NCBI GenBank assembly: GCA_013695245.1 | Contig: JACDAW010000020.1 | Coordinates: forward strand, 1-24,805 | Source of the DNA: Pyrinomonadaceae bacterium | GTDB taxonomy: Bacteria > Acidobacteriota > Blastocatellia > Pyrinomonadales > Pyrinomonadaceae | DNA: 24,805 nt | Direction of reading: 5' to 3' | Shown here: piece by piece, positions 7,259-15,858 of the stretch | Layout: each line of letters starts with the position of its first letter | How positions within the stretch are numbered: position 1 is the first letter of the stretch | Notes under the pieces: generated by a model | The model's input: only the letters and a program-made list of their open reading frames with translations | Told to the model about the DNA's origin: nothing | Databases searched by the model: none | Position numbers and translations under genes: made by a program

Positions 7259-9709
7259 ATGACCAACTACCATTTTGCTATCTTCTGTCGGCGACTTGTT
7301 TTGCCAATCAATGCGCTCATACTGCTGTCGGCATTTTGTTTCACTGCGCAAGCTCAATCGCAGGGCAGTTCTGTTTTGGGTCGGATCGTTGATGCAAACG
7401 CGGCTGTCGTAAGCGGTGTCGCAGTAACACTCCGGCAAGCAAACACGAACTTCGAACGCACCACGACCACCAACGCTGAAGGCATTTTCAGTTTCAACGA
7501 TCTCCCGCCGGGCAAATATCTTTTGACGGCGATAGGCGAGGGCTTTTCTCCAGCGAGCCAAGAGTTGACATTAGCGGCGGGCGAACGCCGCAATGCCGAA
7601 GTCACGCTCGCTCTGGGGTCACTCGTCGAATCAATCATTGTCAACGCAAGTCGCATCACGGGACGGCAGGAAGAAGTCGAACGCATTCCGGGTTCGGTTG
7701 ATGTGGTTGACGCGCGCACGCTCGAAACGAGTCGCATCTTCACCACTTCGGAAGTTTTGCGCAAAGTAGCGGGCATCAACGTGCGCGATGAAGAAGGCTT
7801 CGGTCTGCGTCCTAACATCGGCATTCGCGGATTAAACCCCACGCGCTCCACAAAGGTTCTGCTGCTCGAAGATGGAATCCCGTTTACCTACGCGCCCTAC
7901 GGCGATAACGCTTCTTATTATCATCCGCCGGTTGATCGCTTCGAGACGATTGAAGTGCTGAAAGGTTCGGGGCAGATTCTTTACGGACCGCAAACCGTCG
8001 GCGGCGTCATCAACTACATCACGCGCACGCCGCCGGTCAGACGTTCGGGTTTTCTCACCCTGACGGGCGGCGCGCGCGACTATTTCAACGGTCACATCAG
8101 CTACGGCGGAACGTTCCGCAACACCGGACTGCTTTTCGATTACACACGCAAACAAGGCGAAGGCGCACGCGACAACGTGCGTTCGGGTTTGAACGATTTC
8201 AACTTCAAATCCGTCACTGCGATCAACAACCGTCAGGCATTGACGCTTCGATTCAACAACTACAGTGAGCGTTCCAATGTAACTTACTCTGGCTTGCGCG
8301 AAGACGAGTATCGCGCCAACCCACGCGGCAATGTGTTTCGCAACGATTTCTTCTACGGCGACCGCTACGGCGCTTCTGCCACGCACGCTTTCGTCGTCAA
8401 CAGCAACGCTGTGTTGACGACTAACTTCTACGGCGCATACTTCCGACGCCACTGGTGGCGTCAATCGAGCAACTCCGGTCAACGCCCGAATCTCCTCTAC
8501 AATCCGACTACGCGCGCGGGCGATCCCGATTGTCTCAGCATCGCCGACCTCAATACGACGTGCGGCAACGAAGGACGCTTGCGCAAATATTATTTCTTCG
8601 GCGTCGAACCGCGCGTGCGTCTCACGCACAATCTTTTCGGGACACGCAACGAAACTGATTTCGGATTCCGCGCCCACTTCGAGACGCAAGACAGACAGCA
8701 GCAGAACGGCGATCTTCCAACGTCGCGTTCCGGCGCAATCGTCGAAAACAACGAGCGCAGGAATGTGGCATATTCAGGCTTCGTGCAAAATCGTCTCACC
8801 CTCGGCGATTTCACGATCACGCCCGGACTCCGCATCGAGCACGTTGAATACCAACGCACAAACCGTTTAGCCAACGCCGGACTCGGCGTCAGCGGACGAA
8901 CAAGCCTAACGCAACTCGTCCCCGGTCTCGGCGTCTCTTACAACCCGAACCGCAGGTTGACCGTTTTCGCGGGCGTGCATCGCGGGTTTGCGCCGCCGCG
9001 CACCGAAGACATCATCAACAACACGACGGGCGGCAGCATTGATCTCGACCCGGAACTGAGTTGGAACTACGAAGTTGGTTTCCGCAGCGCGCCTGCAACA
9101 GGTGTGAATCTTGAAGCGACTTTCTTCCGCATGGACTACGAAAACCAGATCGTCCCGGCGAGCCTTGCCGGAGGCGTCGGCGCGACGCTGACGAACGGCG
9201 GCGCAACCATGCATCAAGGCTTGGAACTTTCGGGGCGCGCGGACACGGGCGCGCTCTTGCGCTCGCCGCACAACTTCTACGCGCGTGCTGCTTACACTTA
9301 CTTGCCCATCGCCAAGTTTGCAGGCGCGCGATTCAGCAGCGTCAGCGGTTTCGGTGGAACGAGCGTAACGGATAATCGCCTGCCCTATGCGCCGGGGAAC
9401 TTGCTGACCGCGAGCGTCGGCTACTCGCACCCCAGAGGCTTTGACGGCTTCGTCGAAGCCGTTTACGTTGGACGCCAATTCAGCGACGATCTCAACACGA
9501 TAAATCCGACGCCCGACGGTCAACGCGGTTTGATTCCGGGCTACACGGCTTGGAACGCGACGGGCAACTACTCGGTTGAACGCCTGCACACCACATTCTT
9601 CGTGACAATCAAAAATCTTTTCGACAACACATACATCGTAGATCGCTCGCGCGGCATTTTGCCGAGTCCGCCGCGCGCCGTGCAAGCGGGATTGAAGTAC
9701 CGTTTCTGA
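7259..9709 (+). CDS. TonB-dependent outer-membrane receptor, FecA-like (ferric-chelate uptake)
   Basis: Signal peptide (AQA-Q), N-terminal carboxypeptidase-regulatory-like domain (G.I.D..GA.V.GV.V.L), plug motifs NIGIRGLNP..S.KVLLLEDGIP and IEVLKGSGQILYGPQTVGGVINYIT, C-terminal Phe (GLKYRF), upstream Fur-like box. Confidence 0.9.
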   Translation: MTNYHFAIFCRRLVLPINALILLSAFCFTAQAQSQGSSVLGRIVDANAAVVSGVAVTLRQANTNFERTTTTNAEGIFSFNDLPPGKYLLTAIGEGFSPASQELTLAAGERRNAEVTLALGSLVESIIVNASRITGRQEEVERIPGSVDVVDARTLETSRIFTTSEVLRKVAGINVRDEEGFGLRPNIGIRGLNPTRSTKVLLLEDGIPFTYAPYGDNASYYHPPVDRFETIEVLKGSGQILYGPQTVGGVINYITRTPPVRRSGFLTLTGGARDYFNGHISYGGTFRNTGLLFDYTRKQGEGARDNVRSGLNDFNFKSVTAINNRQALTLRFNNYSERSNVTYSGLREDEYRANPRGNVFRNDFFYGDRYGASATHAFVVNSNAVLTTNFYGAYFRRHWWRQSSNSGQRPNLLYNPTTRAGDPDCLSIADLNTTCGNEGRLRKYYFFGVEPRVRLTHNLFGTRNETDFGFRAHFETQDRQQQNGDLPTSRSGAIVENNERRNVAYSGFVQNRLTLGDFTITPGLRIEHVEYQRTNRLANAGLGVSGRTSLTQLVPGLGVSYNPNRRLTVFAGVHRGFAPPRTEDIINNTTGGSIDLDPELSWNYEVGFRSAPATGVNLEATFFRMDYENQIVPASLAGGVGATLTNGGATMHQGLELSGRADTGALLRSPHNFYARAAYTYLPIAKFAGARFSSVSGFGGTSVTDNRLPYAPGNLLTASVGYSHPRGFDGFVEAVYVGRQFSDDLNTINPTPDGQRGLIPGYTAWNATGNYSVERLHTTFFVTIKNLFDNTYIVDRSRGILPSPPRAVQAGLKYRF

Positions 9710-9724
9710 GCTTTCACAGCAGCC

Positions 9725-9766
9725 GCAAGGGAGGCGACAAACAAGGCGCGCGTCCGCCTCCCTTGC
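9725..9766 (+). terminator. Stem-loop downstream of the receptor gene
   Basis: Perfect 12-bp inverted repeat GCAAGGGAGGCG / CGCCTCCCTTGC. There is no clear U-tract, so it may be a stabilising hairpin rather than a terminator. Confidence 0.45.
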
Positions 9767-9878
9767 GTCAAATTACCACCTCTGAACGCCCTCCGTCGCT
9801 GTTTGCGTTCACATCAAATAGGTTATAATTCGCCCTCGATATTTTTATTCTTTCTTTGCGTCTCTTATTGCAAGACGC

Positions 9879-10286
9879 ATGAGCAGAAGGGTACGACTGA
9901 GATACATGGAACAAGAAAAGGTTGAACACTTTCGCAGCGTTCTTCTCGAACAATTGCGGCAGCATACGGACAACGTGCGCGAGAATCAGGAAGCCGCGCT
10001 TGAGATGGTGGCGGCCGATGATGGAGTGAAAGACAGCGTTGATATGTCGCTGCAAGACGTGAGTCAAGAACTTCAGTTCCGTCTCGGCGAACGCGAATCG
10101 CAGATCGTGGCGGACATCGATCAAGCATTGCTCAGAATTGACGAAGGCGCTTACGGGGAATGCGCGCGCTGTGGTAAACCGATTTCGGAACGACGCCTCG
10201 AAGCAATGCCAACGGCACGCTACGACGCCGAATGCCAATCGCTCATCGAGGCCAGCCAAGGCTTGGATGACATTTCAACGCTGTAA
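9879..10286 (+). CDS. dksA: DksA/TraR family transcription regulator (alternative start ATG 9906)
   Basis: Coiled coil with acidic tip DSVD, then ALLRIDEGAYGECARCGKPISERRLEAMPTARYDAECQ. A perfect TATAAT lies at 9824-9829. Confidence 0.85.
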   Translation: MSRRVRLRYMEQEKVEHFRSVLLEQLRQHTDNVRENQEAALEMVAADDGVKDSVDMSLQDVSQELQFRLGERESQIVADIDQALLRIDEGAYGECARCGKPISERRLEAMPTARYDAECQSLIEASQGLDDISTL

Positions 10287-10297
10287 GTTATTAGGCT

Positions 10298-10416
10298 AAA
10301 GTAAAAAGGCAAAAGTGCGGACACGCTAGAGGGCGTGAATCTCGAATCAAGAATTTCAGATTCGAGATCAAAGCGGCAAGCTTTGTCATAACTTTTGCCC
10401 TTTGCCTTTTTACTTT
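10298..10416. repeat. Nested inverted-repeat element built from 7-nt repeats between convergent dksA and xerC (possible bidirectional terminator)
   Basis: Outer perfect 16-bp IR AAAGTAAAAAGGCAAA (10298-10313) / TTTGCCTTTTTACTTT (10401-10416). Inner IRs CACGC/GCGTG (10322-10337) and ATCTCGAATC/GATTCGAGAT (10339-10368). Confidence 0.8.
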
Positions 10417-10425
10417 TACCTGCAT

Positions 10426-11346
10426 CTACGCTTTCGGGTGCGTCCTGTCATACATCTCGATCAATTTTTCCATCGAAACGTGCGTGTAGATTTGCGTGGT
10501 TGAGAGGCGCGCGTGTCCCAAGAGTTCTTGGATATCGCGGAGGTCTGCGCCGCTGTCGAGGAGGTGCGTGGCGAATGAATGACGAAGCGAGTGCGGGCTG
10601 ATGTCATGTATTCCGGCGCATAGTTCGATGTATTTATCCACCATGCGCCCGACCGAGCGCGTTGTGATGCGCGTGCCTTGATAGTTGAGAAAGACAGCTT
10701 GCGTATCGCGCTCCGGCAACGGCACGTTGTTAAGAAAAGTTTGACGCACGGGCATGTAATGAAGCACGGCGTGCAAGGACGGGTCGCCGAAAGGTATGAT
10801 GCGTTGCTTGCGGCGTTTGCCCGTGACGCGCACCGTTTTGTTGCGGAAATCAATATCCGGCAGATCGAGTTTGACGAGTTCTGAGACGCGCACGCCTGTG
10901 CCGTAGAGGAGTTCGATGATGGCGCGGTCGCGCTTCCCCAGATCGGTTGCGATGTCTGGCGTTTCGATGAATCGAATCACGTCTTCAACTGAAAGATGAT
11001 TCGGAATTTTCTTCTCAAGGCGCGGAGTCGAAACAAGTTTCGCCGGATTCGAGTCGTGCAAACCCTCGCGCACAAGGAACTGGAAGAAGGTGCGGAGGGC
11101 GGCGAGTTTGCGCGCGATGGAGGTCTTCTTTTTCCCCCCTGCGTGAAGAGCGGCCAACCATTCGCGGATCGTGATGTGATCAACGCTCTTAAGATCAATT
11201 GCGCGCCGCGCGCCTGTCGCCGGATCAACGGGCGCGAGGTGTTCATAAAACTGTCCGAGATCAATCGTGTAATTACGCAAGGTGTGCTCGCTCACGTTAC
11301 GCTCGTAACGCAGGTGCTCGAAGAATTGGGCGAGTAAATTTTCCAT
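10426..11346 (-). CDS. xerC: Tyrosine recombinase XerC
   Basis: Catalytic R (GVRVSEL), HxxR ([12 protein letters not shown]), H (LLGH) and Y (TQIYTH), plus a SAM-like N-terminus. Proximity to trmFO favours XerC over XerD. Confidence 0.85.
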   Translation of the reverse strand: MENLLAQFFEHLRYERNVSEHTLRNYTIDLGQFYEHLAPVDPATGARRAIDLKSVDHITIREWLAALHAGGKKKTSIARKLAALRTFFQFLVREGLHDSNPAKLVSTPRLEKKIPNHLSVEDVIRFIETPDIATDLGKRDRAIIELLYGTGVRVSELVKLDLPDIDFRNKTVRVTGKRRKQRIIPFGDPSLHAVLHYMPVRQTFLNNVPLPERDTQAVFLNYQGTRITTRSVGRMVDKYIELCAGIHDISPHSLRHSFATHLLDSGADLRDIQELLGHARLSTTQIYTHVSMEKLIEMYDRTHPKA

Positions 11347-11378
11347 AAACGCTGTTAAGCGACGGGCGAATAATGAGG

Positions 11379-11408
11379 ATTATAGCGCATGTGTTCGACC
11401 GTCGTGAA
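11379..11408 (-). promoter_or_regulatory. Candidate xerC promoter
   Basis: Minus strand TTCACG-N18-TATAAT, about 33 nt upstream of the ATG. Confidence 0.55.
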
Positions 11409-11573
11409 CATTCTCTTGATCGCGCTTCATCACCCGTTTGTTCAAACTCTTCCAAGACGTGCTTCACTGTTTATTTTGCGACACGACTTTATGTGGAGAT
11501 TGAAAAGCAAAAGACATCACCAGCGATGCGCTTATAATCTTTTCAACTTCAGTTTGCTCTACGCTGGTCGTCG

Positions 11574-12722
11574 CTATTTCTTCGGCGTGTAATAGCCTTT
11601 GCGTGTGCGCACACGCAAATTCGGGCGCGACGGAACGTTGAGAGCGATAGTGCGAAAGCGTCCGTCGCGCGTGTCGTCCGTCGGGTAGTAACTTAAAATG
11701 TATTGCTGCGCGAGGTCGGCGGCGATCTGTTTAAAGGCTATGTCAAGATCGCTCGCTTGTTTCGGTTGAAATACTATGCCGCCTGTCTGTGCCGCCAACT
11801 CTTGCATACGCCGCTCGGCAGCGAGGTCGCGCAAATTCGTGTTTTGGCTGAGTCCGATCTGAATAATAAAAACCTGACAGTTTGCCGCCTGCGTGAGCCG
11901 CAATGTATCGTCGAAATCGAGATTGCTCGTTGTGTTCACGCCGTCCGAGACCATCACGATCACTTTGCGATCCGGCAACGGGCGCAAGAGTTTCGCGGCC
12001 TGCGCGATGGTGTCAAATAAGCCGGTTGCACAGTATCGCTCCTTGTCGTCGCCGAATCCCTGAATGGTGCGAACAAGGGCGGCCACGTCGCTCGTCATTG
12101 ATTGTTCGAGAATCGGATCGGTGCAGATCGAATAGATGGCCGCCTTATCAACGGGGCGCAGCACTGAACGAAAAAACCGCACGCTAGCTTGTTTCTCGAA
12201 TTCGCGTAACGTGTTAAGGCTTCCGCTACTGTCGAAGAGAAACGCCATCCGCACCGGAGTTTCAGAGCGCGTCAAATCGCTGATCGCTTTCACTCCCCCG
12301 TCAATGCGCAACTCGAAATCCTTCAACTCCAGATCAGTTACCGCCCGCCCCCGCTCGTCAACGACGGAGACGGGTACGGGAACGAGATTCGAGTTGATGC
12401 GAATCACTTCGTCCGGGTCAACTTCGCTCGAAGCGTTGGCGTTCTCCGCTGCCTCGCCTGTCTCCGGTTGCGGCGTTGGAGGTGGCGGAAGCGGAAGATT
12501 TGAATTGTTTCTTTCAGGAGTTGGTTGTGGCGTTGGAGTGACGGTCGCGCGGCGCGGGCGATTCGGCGCTTTACCTTGCGTCGAATCTGTTTGCGACGGT
12601 TGACGGCGCGTGCGTCCTGATTGCGCTTGCAGAAAAGTTGCGGAAGCAAAAAGCGCGATGATGCAAAGACCGGCGAAGGAGCGTTGCAACGCTCTTCGTC
12701 CAACGTATTTCGCTCCCCTCAC
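11574..12722 (-). CDS. Secreted VWA-domain protein (acidobacterial type) with Pro/Thr-rich linker
   Basis: MIDAS DSSGS, later T..FD and VMVSDG, and the C-terminal QQYILSYYP...DGRFRTI...VRTRKGYY pattern. GTG at 12722 overlaps the trmFO TGA (GTGA). Signal peptide ends LQA-Q. Confidence 0.85.
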   Translation of the reverse strand: MRGAKYVGRRALQRSFAGLCIIALFASATFLQAQSGRTRRQPSQTDSTQGKAPNRPRRATVTPTPQPTPERNNSNLPLPPPPTPQPETGEAAENANASSEVDPDEVIRINSNLVPVPVSVVDERGRAVTDLELKDFELRIDGGVKAISDLTRSETPVRMAFLFDSSGSLNTLREFEKQASVRFFRSVLRPVDKAAIYSICTDPILEQSMTSDVAALVRTIQGFGDDKERYCATGLFDTIAQAAKLLRPLPDRKVIVMVSDGVNTTSNLDFDDTLRLTQAANCQVFIIQIGLSQNTNLRDLAAERRMQELAAQTGGIVFQPKQASDLDIAFKQIAADLAQQYILSYYPTDDTRDGRFRTIALNVPSRPNLRVRTRKGYYTPKK

Positions 12723-14068
12723 GCGCCCGCGAACCGGGCGGAGGATTCTTCCTTGATCGTTTCGAGCCACACGTCCCATTCCTTTAATGCTAATTCCACC
12801 TGCAAAGCGTGACGTTCGCGTTTGTTGCGAAAGCGACGGCGAATTTCTTCATCGGGCGGCTCAAGCAAAGCGAAAGTGATATTCACCGGCTGGTAGTTTT
12901 TCGTGTCCGCGCTTGAAACGTAACGCGCCAAAGCGCCGATGGCGGTTTTTGACGGAGCTTCCACAGTCGCGCGCTCCACTGCCACTCTCGCCGCATTCAC
13001 ACCCGCTAACCAACCCGTTCCAACCGATTCAACGTAACCCTCAACGCCGCTGATCTGTCCGGCGAAGAACGTTCGCGGTCGCTCGCGCATCTGCATTGTC
13101 GGACTAAGGACGCGCGGCGCGCAGATGTAAGTGTTGCGATGAATTTGGCCGAACTGCAAAAACTCCGCTTGCTCAAGTCCGGGAATGAGACGCAGCACGC
13201 GCGCTTGCTCGCCGTAGCGTAGATGATTTTGAAAGCCGACGAGGTTGTAAGCGTCAGCCATCAAATTCTCTTGGCGCAGTTGCACAACGGCGAAAGGCTC
13301 GCGCCCCGTGCGCGGGTCAGGGAGTCCCTTCGGCTTCATCGGCCCGTAACGCAGAGTGTCGCGCCCGCGTCGCGCCAACTCTTCAATCGGCAGACACGCC
13401 TCAAACCATCGCGTCTCTTCAAAACGCTGCAACGGCACGCTCTTGGCTTCACGAAGTGCATCGTAAAAAAGCGTGTACTCGGCTTCGTCCATCGGGCAAT
13501 TAAGATAATCATCACCGCCTTTGCCGTAACGCGCCGCGCGAAAAGCGATTCCTTTGTCAACCGTGTCGGCGGCGACGATGGGCGCGATGGCATCGTAAAA
13601 ATAAAGCCCGTCGCCTCCGGTCAAACGATTGATCTCACTCGCCAAAGCGTCGGAGCACAACGGCCCGGCAGCAATGATCGTGATCTCATCTTCATTAACG
13701 CGCGTTCGCTCTTCGCGCACAAGCGTGATACGCGGATGCGATTCGATCTTCTCCGTAATCAAACTTGCGAAGCGCTCACGATCAACCGCCAACGCCGCGC
13801 CCGCAGGCACGCGCGTCTCGGCTGCAACAGCCATCACAAGCGAACCCGCGCGCCGCAACTCCTCTTTCAAAAGATATGGAGCAGTTCCCGGCTCATCCGA
13901 TTTGAGAGAATTCGAGCACACGATCTCCGCAAGTTTTTCCGTGCGGTGTGCAGGCGTCTTTAAGACGGGACGCATTTCATATAGACGCACCTGCGCGCCC
14001 GCTTCGGCCGCCTGCCACGCCGCTTCCACTCCGGCGAATCCGCCGCCGATGACAACAATCTCATTCAT
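12719..14068 (-). CDS. trmFO: Folate/FAD-dependent tRNA (uracil-54-C5)-methyltransferase TrmFO (Gid)
   Basis: GGGFAGVEAAWQ FAD motif, EIVCSNS and FEACLPIE (both catalytic Cys), YNLVGFQ, FFAGQISGVEGY. Confidence 0.96.
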   Translation of the reverse strand: MNEIVVIGGGFAGVEAAWQAAEAGAQVRLYEMRPVLKTPAHRTEKLAEIVCSNSLKSDEPGTAPYLLKEELRRAGSLVMAVAAETRVPAGAALAVDRERFASLITEKIESHPRITLVREERTRVNEDEITIIAAGPLCSDALASEINRLTGGDGLYFYDAIAPIVAADTVDKGIAFRAARYGKGGDDYLNCPMDEAEYTLFYDALREAKSVPLQRFEETRWFEACLPIEELARRGRDTLRYGPMKPKGLPDPRTGREPFAVVQLRQENLMADAYNLVGFQNHLRYGEQARVLRLIPGLEQAEFLQFGQIHRNTYICAPRVLSPTMQMRERPRTFFAGQISGVEGYVESVGTGWLAGVNAARVAVERATVEAPSKTAIGALARYVSSADTKNYQPVNITFALLEPPDEEIRRRFRNKRERHALQVELALKEWDVWLETIKEESSARFAGA

Positions 14069-15634
14069 TTAATTATCCTTCGGCGCGTTAATAATCGCGT
14101 CTCCGGCTTCGACGTTGAAGCGGCGGTAGTCGCTCCATTCCTGCGTGACGTTAAAATCTCCGCCACCGAGAAGTAGTATTCTGATCGAAGCATTGAATTG
14201 AGCAAGACGAGGCAGCCATACGCCGTCCGGCAGCCTCGTCTGTTCGACGACGAGCGCCGTGCCCGGTCGGACGGAGGCGAAGAGTCCGCCGCCGACTTTG
14301 AAGCCTTCCACCAGCCGCGCCTCGAAGCGTATCACCTGTTTATCAACCGGGTCGATCCACATGATGCCGCCGAGTTTGCTGACAAGAGATTCGACGCGGT
14401 TCGCAGGGCGAAATCCTTCACGCGGGCGGAAGTCGAAGACAACCGAATCGCGGTCGCGGAAGCGTTCGCGGCGCGGGGAAACGAGTTCGCAGGCGCGTAG
14501 AAGTATGCTCGTAAATTGCCGAGCGTCTTGTTCGTCGTCCTCTTGCATCTTCGCATCATCCGTAGCTTGCGCGCGCTTGGTGTCTCTCGCCTCGCGCTTC
14601 TGTTTATCCTTCTCTCGATTCCGCTCGGCTTCTTCCAGTTCTTCAGTAACGCGCTTCTCCTCGCGTGCGCGACGTTCGGGCGATAGCAAACGGCCGTTTT
14701 CGCTAATGAGTTTGAAAGCCGGACGGCGGCCCGGAAGCGGATAGACTTCGTAGATGCGCACGTTCTCTTTCGTCACTTCGCCGCGATTATTAAGCGTGCG
14801 CTCGGTCTGCTTCTGCTTAAACGAATATTGGTTTACGCGCTCATCAACGATTGATTGATTGCGGGCAACTTCGCGCAAGAGCGTCGCTACGTCCAACTCC
14901 GCCCCGCGCGGCGGCTCAAACGCCGTTTCACTTATATTCGCGTTGCGCCGCACAGTTTGTAAGTTCATCACAAGCGCGCCCGTGCCGCTTAAATTAACTT
15001 CGACGCGATGCGGCTCAAGCAACCCGCTCTCAGCCCGGTAATCGCTCAACCGTGCCAGCCAGTTTCCCGCATCATCTGTAATCCGAGTGAGTAGTTTGCT
15101 TTTCTGATCGAATTCATAACGCACGCGCGAATTATCACGCGCCGTGAATTCTACGATAAAGGATTGTTCGCCTTCCCTTGCTTCTAATGCCACCGTGCGC
15201 GCTAACAGGTTTTGCTTGCGGAAGTTGATGAGACGACTGGCGGTAAGCGTCGCAAGCAGACGCGCGCGCGAAGCCTCCGCGCCCGTCAGCGTGCTTGTTG
15301 CGCCGTCTATGCCGCGCGACCACACGGAGCGGGAAGTTGCCGCGTAAGTCGTTTCGCCGTTGCCGAAGATGAGATCAACGCGCGCCGAAGATGGAGCTTT
15401 TAAACTTGCGCGCGCGCGCCCGTAAGGTTGATTGTTAAGCTCGATGTTCCATTCGTAGCTCGCATCACGCATGTTGCCTACGCGCTTTTTGCCGCCGATT
15501 GCCTTTAGATAATCATCAACGATTCTTTCCGGCGCTGGAAGTTTGCGCGCCGCCGCGCGATTTTGCGCGACTGCCGGTGAGACCGTCGCCAACGCACAGA
15601 GCAAAAGGGCGAAACACAGTTTGTTTACGGTCAT
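14069..15634 (-). CDS. Secreted two-domain hypothetical protein (possible LolA/DUF620-like beta folds)
   Basis: ATG at 15634 follows GGCGGGA. Signal peptide MTVNKLCFALLLCALATVSPAVA-Q. Two beta-strand-rich halves are joined near FEPP. The TAA directly abuts the trmFO ATG. Confidence 0.7.
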   Translation of the reverse strand: MTVNKLCFALLLCALATVSPAVAQNRAAARKLPAPERIVDDYLKAIGGKKRVGNMRDASYEWNIELNNQPYGRARASLKAPSSARVDLIFGNGETTYAATSRSVWSRGIDGATSTLTGAEASRARLLATLTASRLINFRKQNLLARTVALEAREGEQSFIVEFTARDNSRVRYEFDQKSKLLTRITDDAGNWLARLSDYRAESGLLEPHRVEVNLSGTGALVMNLQTVRRNANISETAFEPPRGAELDVATLLREVARNQSIVDERVNQYSFKQKQTERTLNNRGEVTKENVRIYEVYPLPGRRPAFKLISENGRLLSPERRAREEKRVTEELEEAERNREKDKQKREARDTKRAQATDDAKMQEDDEQDARQFTSILLRACELVSPRRERFRDRDSVVFDFRPREGFRPANRVESLVSKLGGIMWIDPVDKQVIRFEARLVEGFKVGGGLFASVRPGTALVVEQTRLPDGVWLPRLAQFNASIRILLLGGGDFNVTQEWSDYRRFNVEAGDAIINAPKDN

Positions 15635-15756
15635 TTTCCCGCCGCACATTGCGTTAACGGGTAACGCGTCGAAATTTGCTAGGAACATAGACGTTAATGC
15701 CAAACGTGGTCTTTCAAAGTTAGCTTCTGCGCACATATTTCCGCAAACAAACATAT

Positions 15757-15803
15757 AGCGTAGCACGATCCGTCATTGACGAGTGAATTGATCGCGCTAC
15801 GCT
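15757..15803 (-). terminator. Hairpin ending the ACIII/oxidase operon (possibly bidirectional)
   Basis: Minus strand AGCGTAGCGCGATC / GATCGTGCTACGCT forms a 14-bp stem with one G-U. A T-rich run flanks it on the plus strand. Confidence 0.6.
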
Positions 15804-15858
15804 TTTTCTTGGAGAAACTAAAAACCCGAATGGCGATGAATCAGCGGAGAACGTGGCT

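Noticed and set aside
7832-9685. Long antisense ORFs (285 aa and 259 aa) opposite the TonB receptor
   Set aside because: Shadow frames of a GC-rich coding sequence, with no motifs or RBS. The same reasoning applies to 13223..13963 opposite trmFO and the other overlapping ORFs in the track.
369-10416. CRISPR array interpretation of the heptamer repeats
   Set aside because: No regularly spaced direct repeats with unique spacers and no cas genes. These are short tandem units in inverted arrangement.
10426-11346. Prophage or integrative-element integrase
   Set aside because: Sequence and trmFO-linked context fit housekeeping XerC. There is no att-like tRNA duplication, phage gene or compositional shift.
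11389-11592. 67-aa plus-strand ORF between xerC and the VWA gene
   Set aside because: No recognisable features, no RBS, and it overlaps the xerC promoter.
15635-15766. N-terminal extension of ORF 14069..15766
   Set aside because: It overlaps the operon terminator region. ATG 15634 has an RBS and yields a canonical signal peptide.
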